DNA from: Raillietiella orientalis
Taxonomy: Eukaryota
Direction of reading: 5' to 3'
Length of the DNA stretch: 64,000 nt
NCBI GenBank assembly: GCA_036172245.1
Contig: JAYWIR010000018.1
Coordinates: 2,480,001-2,544,000, forward strand
Shown: in pieces, positions 27,201 through 39,200 of the stretch
How the letters are laid out: the number at the start of each line of letters is the position of its first letter
Position numbering within the stretch: position 1 is the stretch's first letter
Notes under the pieces: generated by a model
The model's database searches: none
The model's input: the letters and a program-made list of their open reading frames with translations, nothing else
Told to the model about the DNA's origin: nothing
Position numbers and translations under genes: made by a program

Positions 27201-30200
27201 CTTGCGTCCTCCGGTGCGCGTGAGTTCCAGAGGCATCGATCTCCGCAAGTCCCTCTGAAGAGGTCAGAAGATCACTGCGCGCCATCCTCATGGGGTCGCC
27301 AGGTTCGCAAGAGCCTGCCAACCGTGAAACCCTTGGAGGTCTGGGCGTCCTCATAATAGCAAGAAAGGCTCCCTTGTGCCGGTCTGGAGAGAAACCTCAC
27401 CGGGTAAGCACGTAATTGGTGAGGGAGAGGAGAGTGGAAGGTCAATAAACAAATACGGGACGGGACGGGCCGATCTCGTGGTGGTGATCATGACACCCTG
27501 AGGACTGCTCTAGGCGGGGACGAAAGAGGAAGGAAGGGAACTGGAGTCTGTTGGATTCGCACGGCTGTTCTGCTACCCTTTTGTGAACGAATTCGAACCT
27601 GAGGAAAGAAAGGGAGAACGTCCCTCATTCTCACGGAAGGGAAGGTGGCGTTTCCAGTTGCGACGAAAGCATCCGATCTGCCGTACTGTCGTTCCCATCG
27701 TTTGCTCGCCCGCAAGGTTTCCCCACGCCATCTCTTGTTTCGACGGTTCTCGCGGAGGATGCGCGCGGAAGAAAGTAGCAGCCATGATGGGCGTGAGGGG
27801 CAGTGTCGACGGGGGGCCGTCACTCCGCCGCCCAATCGCGGGCTCTTCCGAGCTCGAAGAGACCGGAGGTCCGGAACCAGGTCGAGGGCGCTGGTGCATC
27901 CTTCCGGTCTCAGACGCGTGGCTAGGCGGAGGTGCGTCCACCTCTCCGGGACGGAGCCCACATGCGCGTGGGCGGGGGCGGGGCGACCTCCAGGCGGCAG
28001 AGAGAACCGCAGACCGCGCGAGGCGAAGAAACGGGAGGAAAACCGAGGGAACCCAGCGTCTTCACTGACCTCTAGGTCCGTCATGAACTGCCCCATTTTT
28101 CCGATCGTCAGACTGGCGTACATGGTCTGACAGACATTCCAGGCGTGCCTCCAATTGTGGTACTGCACCGGGCGGTAATTCTTCTTCACGCTGAGGATCC
28201 ATCGACACAGCACCTTGCAAAAACACAAGTGGGGTTGCGGGCAAGTACAATATAAGCCGCCAAAACATTGCCAACTACTTCTACTACGCTTCTGTTGCTC
28301 AAGTTCCGACGAGACCCTCGAATTCTTCGACGGTCTCTGTAGGCAAGACCTCCGAGGAATCCTTGAGAGGAGGCAGAATCATTCGGGAAAGAGTTTGAAG
28401 GGAGACAGAACAAGGAAAAAACTTTCGACAAGCATCTCCCTCTGCCAAGTGCCCGACGCAACTTGAAGAGGAACAAAGAGGAGTGTTTCCCACTCGAGTC
28501 AGCCGTTCCTGATGAGGTTTTTCAAAGGGGCATCGATTTCATCTCTGCTCCGGAGCAGGCGTCGCGGCGTATTCTTTGCTCCTTTCCGCCTTTTGCACCC
28601 GCCGCCCCTCCTACCTCCCAAAAAGTTGCTCGAACCAGTACTGCCTGCCTCGCCGTCGGAGGAGCAGCGAGAAGACAGCTGCTAGAGTCGAGAGAGGGAG
28701 CCGAGGGAGGAGGTCGGGGAAAGGTCCAGGAGACGAGATCGGGCGTTCTCGCTGCGCACCGCGTGCGCGCTGAGCCGCTGACGGCGTACAGGCGCTCCAT
28801 CGGACGGCCCGCTCGAGGGCAACTATAAGGGTGACACCATCCTGCGGTGGCGAAACTTCGGGCCGTTCTCTACACGGTTTCCCCAATCGTCTCTTCCGGA
28901 TTTCTTCCACCCGGCAGCGGACGGAACAGCGAGGGGCGCTGGGATCCCTTCGATCCACCTCTCGGCAGGCGGCAGCCGTAGCCTTCTTAGAGGTGCTAGA
29001 AACGTTCACGAGAGCCCCAGTCTCGTGGTGTTACTGGCTACAAGATACCCGTAAGTCTCCCTCTGCAGACGCGAAAGACGTGAATAAAGACACCCGGAAC
29101 AAGCAATTGTCTCCCTCTCGAGCTTTGCGGTGCCGGGAGCATCACGGCACAAAAACAGGTGCCTGGCGTCGTGCTGCTGTGCGATCCCGAGCCCCAAAAG
29201 GAAGCAGTGAATAGGGTGCGGCTTACGAAACAGGGACATCCCCCGGGGACTTTTGCACTCTTTTAGCTGTGGTATGGAAGTGTGCCAGATGCACACGCCG
29301 TCCGCCGAACTCGAGGCAGCCGCCCAAGCAAACTCGGCAGTCTGGTACGCAGCGGTAGCTGCGGGAAGCTTGGCAGGTGGTGCGCTGCTCACCACGAGGC
29401 GCGGATTCGTCGAACGTCCCAACTTGCTTCAATCTAATGAGGTTCCCATTCAACAGCATGCCCTCACAAATCCCAAAGATTTATGGACTCGTGGTGCGCC
29501 CCACGAGGAACTTGTCCCTTTGCCGAGTACGGATACTTCTGTGTTTCCACTGCGGTAGGAATGGGATCTTCTCGTTTCTGTTCCTTCTGGAGTCGCGATC
29601 CTCTTCTTCAAGAAGCACTGAAGCGCGTTTTGCCCTCTCTTCTTGTGCTAACCGGTGCACTTTCTGGCAGCTTGCCTCAGCTGGTTCACCCGTCCTCGGA
29701 AACTGGCTTCCTCTCGAGGATCAGGGCATATGGGTTCCGCTCACAAGCAGCATGCATGAACCCGTTGACTGCCATCTGGCCATGCCATCCACGTCCCCTT
29801 TTTCCCGGATTAGAAGAAAGTGGGATTCTACTGGTCATTCCACTGGTCGAATGGGTTTACCCTTTCGACCCGCCGAAGCTGCACAGTGGATCGCACGAAG
29901 AGATGTTGCGTGGAAAATGCCTTTGGACCCTTCCGCTCTTGGCGTGCTCGGCCTCTGCGCTTTCCCAGAGGGAGCGCCGCTTCTGCTCGCACATGTGGTT
30001 GCAGCGGTGCAGAAGAAACTCGAGCCCTCCGCAGTGCCTGGTTCCCACCCGTGACGAGAGGGTTGCGCGAGGATTCAGGAGAGAGCAAGAACCCTTTCGT
30101 CAAGCGAGCCACGGCAACGTCCAACGGGACCAACAAGCGGGAGGGCTCTCGAGGAGAAATTACCTTGTACGGGATCTTGAACTTGGAAATGAGGTTGGCG

Positions 30201-33200
30201 TCCATGAAGATCCTGATGACCGCCTTGCACGTGTCCAGCTCGCTCAGCTCGGAGTCGCAGAACTGGAAACTGCAATCGGGGATGGTGTTCGCTCGCACTT
30301 GTGCCGCTCCAGCGTTCTACCTTTTTAGCTGCATCTCGTCCGCAGATGGTATGGGAGCCACACTGAGTTCATTACTGTCTTCGTCGGACGCCGTGGCGTG
30401 GTAGGAGAGGCACTCCAGAGCCACCTGCTGCCGAGCCATCAGCTTGTAGGCATTTTCGTACATCTGCGTGTTGTGGATCCCCAGGCCGCAGAAGACGGTG
30501 AAGATTTCGAACATGTTGGCATCAGCGTCCGAAAAACTCTCACCTCCGTCCTTGGGAAAAGAAAAGAAGCTGCTTTTTCCCCACTGCCTTTTGCTGACGG
30601 CGGAGCTAAGTGCAGAATCTACGGCTTCATCGCAAGATGAACAAAAACCAGAAGTCGGTAGACTGGGAACGAGACATGAAGACGAAACGGGGTGCTCATG
30701 TCGACTGTTCCTACGCATCCTTCAGCCAACAGATCCTCTCCCACCTTTGGGGACGACACAAGACTGAATGCCCCAAAACAAGCCCCTCATCACACTTGAC
30801 GTCTCCCCCTCTTTTGCCTCAACGGGTCGGATGCTGTGATCCGATCATTCTGATGACCTTCCACTTCTATTCCAGTGTCGTGGCTTCCCAGGGAGCCTGG
30901 GGCCAGGAGAAAGACTGAAAGAGCTAGAGGAACCCAGGAAAAGACGAATATGCTTCAAATTGCAGCTCCCACATGGCCGTCGCGTCGACGAGCTTGGCGT
31001 CGACCAGGCCTCGTCGTTCAGGCTCCTATGCGCTTCGAGCCGGACAAGTCGAGTGTGCTCGAGGGGACGGAGTTGTTCCCCGTGCGCATCGCGGAGGAGT
31101 ACCAGGAGTCGGAAAGGAGTTCCTTGACAAGGGAGGCGCGACATCTGTGTCGAGAGACCCCCTACGCCGGGAGGGTGGAGGTTTGCCGCCGTCCCGTCCC
31201 AACTCAGGCGCATGGACGAGCACTACACAGGTCCGGCCCCAAGGATGAATAGGACTCAGAGATCCCTGGAGTCTGGATGCAAGAACCTCTGTCCCTTCAA
31301 GCTGTAGTTCCACGTTGATTTTTCTTTCGAATGTGAACCACCTACGGTATTCCAGACATAGCAGATGGAAAGGAAAGCGGATGGCCGCAGACTCTCATCT
31401 CAGATTCTGCGAAAATCGTGCCATCCCGTCCAGTACACCCGAGAGCAGGCAGAGATTCCCCTTCTTCCATTTCAAGAGACTGCCGTTGGCATAGGTGAGC
31501 CAGCTATGCCCTGCCATCTCAGCATCCTTGGGAGTGTAACTGATGCCGCAGTGTCTCAGGAGCATGCGAGGAAAGTATCTTTTGGACGTGGGCTCCCCTC
31601 CACATGTGGGATCATCCAAAACTCGCTTCATCAGCAGTAGCTCAAGCTGCATCTGTCCACTTCTTCTGCGTCCGTCTGCATAGCGAGAGATGGCTTCTTG
31701 CAGAACTGGTCAAGAGTTTCGTCGCGATCCGTTCGGATTCGTTGTCGTTATAGAAAGGCTGGACCGGAAAGGGAGTTCCAGAGTAGGTGTTTCAGAGTAG
31801 GGGAGTCGATGGGAAGGAAATGGGAATTTCTTGCACCAAAGCTCCCACCATTCCGTCTACCTTCCCAGCTTCGTCGTTGCTGGCAGAGAATTTAGGAGTC
31901 TTCGAGGGCTGCTGAAGAGTGGAAGTGTCCTGGTTGGATTGTGCCTTACCGGGTGGTCCACTGACGGATTCGTACTCGTCGCCCTCCGTTCGGCAGCGGA
32001 AGATTTTCGCCACCGTGGCAAGTCGGTTCTCCCTATTCCCGCACTTGTGCGAGACTGAAGAGCTGTCGAGGCGCAGGACTCAGTACGATGGGGTGGCTGC
32101 CGAGATTCGAACCTGCAGGCTCGCTCTCGGCTCGCGGACCCTAGCCTCGATGTTCGGCGTCGAGCGTGTGGGAAGGTTGCCTGGAGCTTGGTCTTTTGAG
32201 GGGCATCCCAGCCCTATGCGCATCGAGTGGATGCTCTCGACGCGTTGGATGCTGGATAACGGGATGCCGGATTAACTCGCGTGCGCCCTCGAATTTCCGA
32301 ATGGGGAGTCGCCGCACAGAGAAAACGGGCGAACGTATCTCGCGCGCGATCTCCAGTCTTTTCTGCACGCGGCAAGTCCACGTCCCGAAGACGCTGGTTG
32401 TAGGGGTTCCTTCAAAGAAGGCATTCATGAGCGTTTCCAGACAGATCCTTCTCATCCTCAAGGGAGATTTTCGATCGAGATGCCCACGATCAGCGATACT
32501 TCCTCTTGAGAGGAAATTTCCTGTCTTCCTGGACCCATGTCGGCAAGCGTGCGGGCTGCAGAGAATCAGTCTTTGAAGATGCTTTCAATGGATCCCTTCG
32601 CCTTCCCGACAAGATAGCATGCAGCAGGAGATCTCAGCTTCCCAACGAGGAGCTTTCTCGCCGCGTGGTTGCTGAAGATGCACGTCTCATACTCTGAGTC
32701 TTCGAGTCTTCTGCCAGACCGGAAGGACCTCCGGTCTGACAGAAGGCTTCCCTGCCGCGCAAGCTTCCAACTTGCATGGGGGTTTCCTGACCGATGCAGA
32801 GCTGCACCTGCATGTAGGTCGGACGCGAGGTGCTCTTCGAGGTTCTTTCAGCCCTCCTCTCTCTTTCCCCTAATCAGATCTGCAATGGGGGGGGAGAGGG
32901 GGGAAGAGGACTCCAGGTGTTGATCAAGGATCCAGGATTCTCGTAGTGGAGAGGTGAAGGTCAGAGTCGGTAGCTGGCAGCAGCGCCGACTTTACCCAAA
33001 GAAGTGTCCGCGGAAGCAGAGTTTCGTTCGCTCCAAGCTCCCGAATCCTGATACGCAACCTCCTCGTGACCCCGGGACGGTGTACCGAAGGATGAGACTT
33101 GGCGAGTGATCCACAGAGCGGACGCGTGCAAAGCGAATCATTCGGTCGTTTTCGACCACTTGCGTTGGTCGTTCGCAGCGATCCATAATGCGGTCCAGAA

Positions 33201-36200
33201 GTTCCAGGGCCGAATTTTTCACGGCGGGGCTGGTCATGCCATGTACCTCCGCGCATGTAGCACACATAGCTTTCTCGAACGGTACGCAGAGCTGGGTGTT
33301 CCGCTGTTGTCAAGAAAAGACGTCTCTCGCGAATCGTGCGTGTTTTCCGCTCTCTGCAGAAATCCCGAGATGGACGCGGAGGAGTAAGATGGCGCAAGGG
33401 CGGCTGAGGACGTAGCACCACCTCGAGTTCAAAAGGCCTGCGGGAACGAAGCCACGAATCGCCCAGGAGCCTTTCGGCGGCAGCGCACGTGGTTTCCAGA
33501 CGGAAGGAGATCGACAAAAGACGGCGAACGCGGCTACGGTCGCCCAGCAACACAGGGAGCCAATGACGTCACCGCCGACGCTGCTGCAGAACCGCTCGAG
33601 GACAGAGAACCGGTGCCCGGACATCCCAGATGTCAGCGGGAAACTCTCGGCACACCGGAAACTGAAGTGCCATGAGTTTTGCGCGAGGACTTGAAGAAAC
33701 GAGAAAAAAAACGTGTGCACGCGTCCCCTGTCACGAGAGCAAAGAGACACGCGGGTTTTAAGTGTCAAAGCAGATCGCGACGCAGCTGGACCATCCCCCG
33801 CGCTCGCCAGATATATTCGTGCCCTGCCGACCCTTTCCTACTCCCCCAAATGAAATTGCAGGTGGCGGGGTCCCGGTTTGGCAGCGTCGATGGCAATCAG
33901 GTAGCTGCGACAGCGTCGGAAGGAGATTCCTGGAAAGGACTGCACCAGCGCCATGCACAAGTCCGAATCCCGCGCCAAGCAGTGTACGGAGCCAGGTGGA
34001 TCCCATTTTGGATGAATAAAATGTACAAAAAAAAAATATTCCGCGTTTTTGGATTTTTAAGGATCTTAGTGCTAATACTTTTGGACCGAACCGCGTAAAT
34101 ATTTTTAGAGGTTCCCTTCTAGAAGCTTCTCCGCAGTGGAAGCGCGAGCGTTTTCCCCGCCCCAACCGCTTCCTGCACGTAATTTCGAAGTGTTGCCAGG
34201 CAAACGTTCCCAATGGGAACGAATTATCAGAGTGTAACGTTTTCCGCGTCAGCCACACGTGGGGGTCCTTCGGAGGGGAGGCACCGACGGCTACGTCGGC
34301 TGCTGGCTGTCAGTCCGCCAAGACGCTTCCGGGAAGTTCGTCACCATTCGCTCGCGAATTCATCATCCGTGAAGAACGAGATCGACGACACTGGCAGCCA
34401 TGGCAAACACGAGTGCAATGCCGTCTAAGCGCGCGTCTGCATCCACCTGTAAAAGTTTTAGAGTACTCGGGAGCGTACGTGTACAGAGGTTCGCGCGTGT
34501 GCACACCTTCGATTCGGTTCGAATTTTTCCTGGTCACGTGGCGTTTCCAGAGGAGAGGTGCAACCCTGTCCGTAGCGACTGCGGCCAACTTACTCCCGAT
34601 GCGACCGCACCTACGCTGAAAAGGCCTGTCCGCACCGACGCAAAGGAGGTCGGGGTTTGGGATTTTCCACGGAGGGGCAATCACCCGCTTCCCGAGCCCG
34701 ATGCCTGGCGATTCCCGTCTCCGATCGCACGGACTTCCTGGATGGCGCAACAGCTCCCGCGACGACTCCGGGTGCCTTTGACGTCAGCGGGTCTCAGGAC
34801 ACCCGCCGTCGACGTCGCCGCCACAGCGGCGGCCGACTAGAAGAGACGAACTCGCGTCGTCAGGCGGGACACACCCAGCGCGGCCTCCTGATGCCTTCCC
34901 GTGACATCGTCTGGACGTCTGCGAGTCTTTTGCTCACGGCCGTGGAAGCTTCCCCGGTCTCAAGCAAAGCCCGGGAGGGGGGGTCTGCCGCCGCCCGGCT
35001 TGTATGACCCTTGAGCGGTTCGGCAGGGCTCCTCCTGTGCACCCCAGTGCGGGGGACCAGGGTCCGTGTGACTACGACCCGGCCACGAGGTGGGGCCACA
35101 ATCAGCCCCTGCCCCGGGCGTCGGAGACGCTCACCTTGTTTAGGATCAGGGCGGCCCCCATGATCTGCTTGGAGTTGTTGTAGATGGGCAGACACAGGAG
35201 GTTGTTCAGGGAGATGCTCCCGTTCGAGAGCAATGATGAGAGTCCCGACGAACCCGCTTCCAAGTGGACCGTCTGGAAGGAGAAGAGAACGTGGCGTTTA
35301 GGGAGTTAAAGGTCTTCCGGGACCGAAGCGGACCAACCCTTCTTCCCTGCAGCGGCTCCGAGAGAGACTTCCTTGGAGGCCTGGGAAGCGGCGACCCATG
35401 ATTACCCGCAAGAGAGAATCCCTTCAGCTTCCGCTTCCGTCCCGCACGCACGCCTGGCCTCCCGCCGCACGGGGGGGATCGGGAAATGGTGGTGGGCGGG
35501 AAGCGACCCTAGAGACCCCCCCGCCTCTCCGGCTCACACGCAGGTTCGAGTGGTGGTCGGAGGCAGCTCTGATGAGGCTGTGCCCTCCTTGGAATATCCC
35601 CTCGGAGAGGAAGAGGGGAGGGGAAATTTCCTCCATAGTAACTGGGAACAGCTCCGGGTGTAGCCGGGATGGAGGGTGCCCCCCCTTCCTCCGAGAGGTG
35701 TGAAGGCTCTCCTTTCTCAACCGGAGGTGAAATCCGGAGAGAACCTTCCACCTGGATCCCGGAAGGTCGCCTTCCGATCCCTGAGGCCAGACAACGGGGC
35801 CGTCCGGGGACACCCGGCTTCTACCAGTGCCGCACCCGAAGACTGCAGACCAGCCAGAGTCGTCCTGCGGAAGGCAGTCGAAACCCACGACGCACCCTCC
35901 ATTTCTCGGCGTCGATCCTTTCCCTCGGGTGGGATTCGAACCCGCAACGCTCGGTGCCATGCGCGGAGAGAGCAGCCGCGCGGCCACCAGCGAGCCGGGG
36001 ACGGTCATGGCCCCAAGCTGGCGCTGCGATCGAACCTTGAGGTGTCCGCGGTGGCGGCAGCACCGATATTGATCCGATCGCTGCGGGGCTTCTTCCTCGC
36101 ATCCGCCTTCCTCTCCGGAGACATCCGTCCCTGTGACTACGTCGACCCTCGGATCACCACCCTCCTCTTCCTCCCCTGCTCGTCCTCGTTTTCCGACCCC

Positions 36201-39200
36201 AGGAAGTCTGCGGGTCCCCTCGTCAGCGTAGGGACTCTGCGGAGCGTTCCGGGGGAACAAGAGACGATCTCTCCTCTTCCGCTTTTTCCTTCGCTCTCCT
36301 CCCCCGTCGGGAATGGGAAGCGTCCGCAGTGGCCAGCGGCTGAGCCGAACCGAAACCCTGCAGCCGCCACGGGAGAACGGCGCCACCGTCACCCCCCCTG
36401 GCCTGTCTGCCTGCGGCCTTCTTCCTTCCTGGAAAAGGCGCGCACGCAGTGCGGGAGAGGTCACAGATGGATCTGGGCGAGGTGAGGCCAAAGAGGATGC
36501 CGGAAATTCCAACCTTCTTCCAAGGAGGAGGGGTTCTCGGGGCAAACGCGCAGCCCTGAGTGAAGTGAAGCCTTGAGGGAGGCAGAAGGTCGAGGTCCTT
36601 CCGGCTCCAAGGGCGCCCGAGGGGAAGGTTTCAGTTCGGTTCACCCCTTCAGTCTCTCATGAGGCTGCTTGGGGTGCTGATTACCTTCAACAGGCGGGAG
36701 AGGACGCCCGTCTCGGGATGCGGCTGAGACTCTTCGGGAGAGGTCACCGCGGTACGCGGTGAATGCCGAGCTTCCAAGGTCGAAGCCGACGGACTTTCAC
36801 CCAAGGAGTGCCCGTGGACCCATCTCGTTTGGTGGTCACCGGACGATTTCAACTTTCGTCTCCCCGGGGCTGCTTTGCGTGGTGTTTGGGATGAGGAGGA
36901 ACGGATCGCTGGTTGCCTCCTAGCGGCGCCAGCCCACGTGTCCTCTGCCTGCTTGGTGCTCGCGAAGAGCTGCTGAGCGGCACGCTGGTGGGTGGCGGAC
37001 AAGCATTGGGACCGGCACTCGGGCTGCATACCCTCGACCCGGAGCGCGTGCAGCAACGGGCGTCTGCGCACCACCGTGGCAAGATGTGCCGTGTGGGGTG
37101 GAGAGTCTGTCACCTCTGGCGCTCCGAACCCTCCGTGACTCTCGTCGGCGCGCGCACCCAAGCGAGTGGCTAAGCGCGGTTGTCCCACGATGCCCTTGAC
37201 TCCACGAGCAGGCGGGAATGGTCGAAGAGGTCACAGCGGTGGAGGCGAGGAGCTTCCCGTTTCGAAGGAGCCGCCGGTCCAGGAACCTCCCCTGCCATGG
37301 CACGGGTGAGGGAAGAGGAACGGAGGCAGGCACAGGTGGCAAATCGGAGCTCAGGCGATGTCACGATCGCCTGTGTTGCGCGCTTTTTCCCAAAGTTGCG
37401 GCAGATAAGAAGGGCCAAAGCGAGAAGTGCCCAGGACAGAAGCTGAACCGAGGTCACTGTGTGTTCACACCCTGTCCTCCTTCCTCCGCCGCCCTTTTTT
37501 TTTTTTGTGCATCTGGGAATCTTCGGTGGGCACCTGACCGCGTTGCCTGCCTGCCAGCACGCCTGCGGCAGCCCTGGGGACGGCATCGACGTGCGGCTTC
37601 CCGAGGGATCTTCCCCTAATCTACCCTCTCACCAAGCATCCAATGTCTTCCTTGGGTCTGATCTCTTCCGGAGTCAGACGGCGCTCCTGGCAACCACGAA
37701 AGGGGGGAACGGCGAGTCGGATGCTGAGCCTGGAGATCGATTCTCGCTCGCTCTTCCTTCAGAGCCCGTCCCGACTAGAGGACCACGAGCTCGAACGGAG
37801 CGAGGAGAAGCAAATCCGCCTTCCCGGAAGCTCTTGTTCTGGAAGGCGGCGCTCCCGGGGACCTGGAGTTTCTTCCAGTCGAGCCTGAGGGTGGCGGGTG
37901 TCTTCCAGTGACCCGGACATCTCGCGTACTGCTCGTCCGAGGTCCAACTTTGCGTTGAAGAGAACCTGTGCCTCTCCTTCTTCTTGTACGATGGGGAGTG
38001 GAAGAAGAAGAGGGAGAGAGCACTTCAGAGCACGAGGACCGAAGATGCTGAGGAATCGGTCCTCGGGCGACTTGCCCCTTCCTCGGGGGATCCGCGAGAA
38101 GCAGCACGCGCGCGCCACCTCCATGAAAGTGATGGGAGGTTTGAGAGCGCCCACGTATGCTCCAGCAGGCCAGAGGATGAGGGTCCCCAGAAGACAGCGA
38201 TGCAATGGGAGGGTACTCGCGGGCATGCTTGGCTCGGCGGCGAAGACCCTCCCCCATCGCTAAGTGGGAGGTTGCCTCGGTGGAAGAAGATCTCCCGTTT
38301 TCTGCACACTTGATACGCCCCTGATGTTCCCTGACGGCAAGGAAGCCCAGCCACCGCCAGTGGTCTCTACCATCTCCCCATGAGGTTAGGCCCAACCCAG
38401 GGCTGCTAACCCGCGACCCCACTTTCCATCTGCCCCCGCTTAGATTTGGCAGCGGGTGGTAGTGACCCTCCTGCAGACGAAGGAGCCTCTGAGGCGGTTC
38501 CCTTGACCTCGGGGTCGCTGCCGGCAATTCACTGCCCAGGGCAGAGTCTGACCCTGGGCAGACCCCTTGGTAATTCACAACTTCCTCAGCATCAAGGTGG
38601 GGGAGCAGCAGAGCTCCGGGGGGCGGACGGCTGCTTCGTATGGCCACCCCCTGTCCCACCTCCGTCTCGAAGTCCAGGGTTTCCGGAAGGCCGTAAAGGA
38701 GACGCGCAGCACAGGATCTGGGTAATCCTGCCTCTCCCGTCGTGCCCTTGATCCCGCCCACCCTCCCTCTTGAGTGCGTTCTTTTCTCCCTTGACTACCG
38801 ACTTGCTCATGGGCGTTACCCAGTTCGCGCGCCGCCGCCTCCAGTGCACTCCAGCGGGCGCTCCCCATTTTGAACGAAACCCGTGTTCGAGGCAGCAACA
38901 GGATGGCCGGAAGACCGCATTGTCTTCACGCTCGCGGCGTTCCAGCCCCAGGGAGGACCGCTCGATTGACCACTTGGCCTCGGGCAGAGATGGAGCTCCG
39001 CAGCCGCCGATCTTACAGAGCTCCGTTCGCGTTCCGGCTGCCGCGCCCGAGAAGGCGAGGTCCTGGTGGGCCGACGTGCCCTCCTCTCTGCGCACCTCCG
39101 GCCCTCCCGGACAGCTGCTTGCTCTTTGTCCTCATCGCCAGTTGGGGACTCTTGCAGGGAACCACGGGGCAGCACGGCCCCCTCTCCTCGTCGTGGTGGC

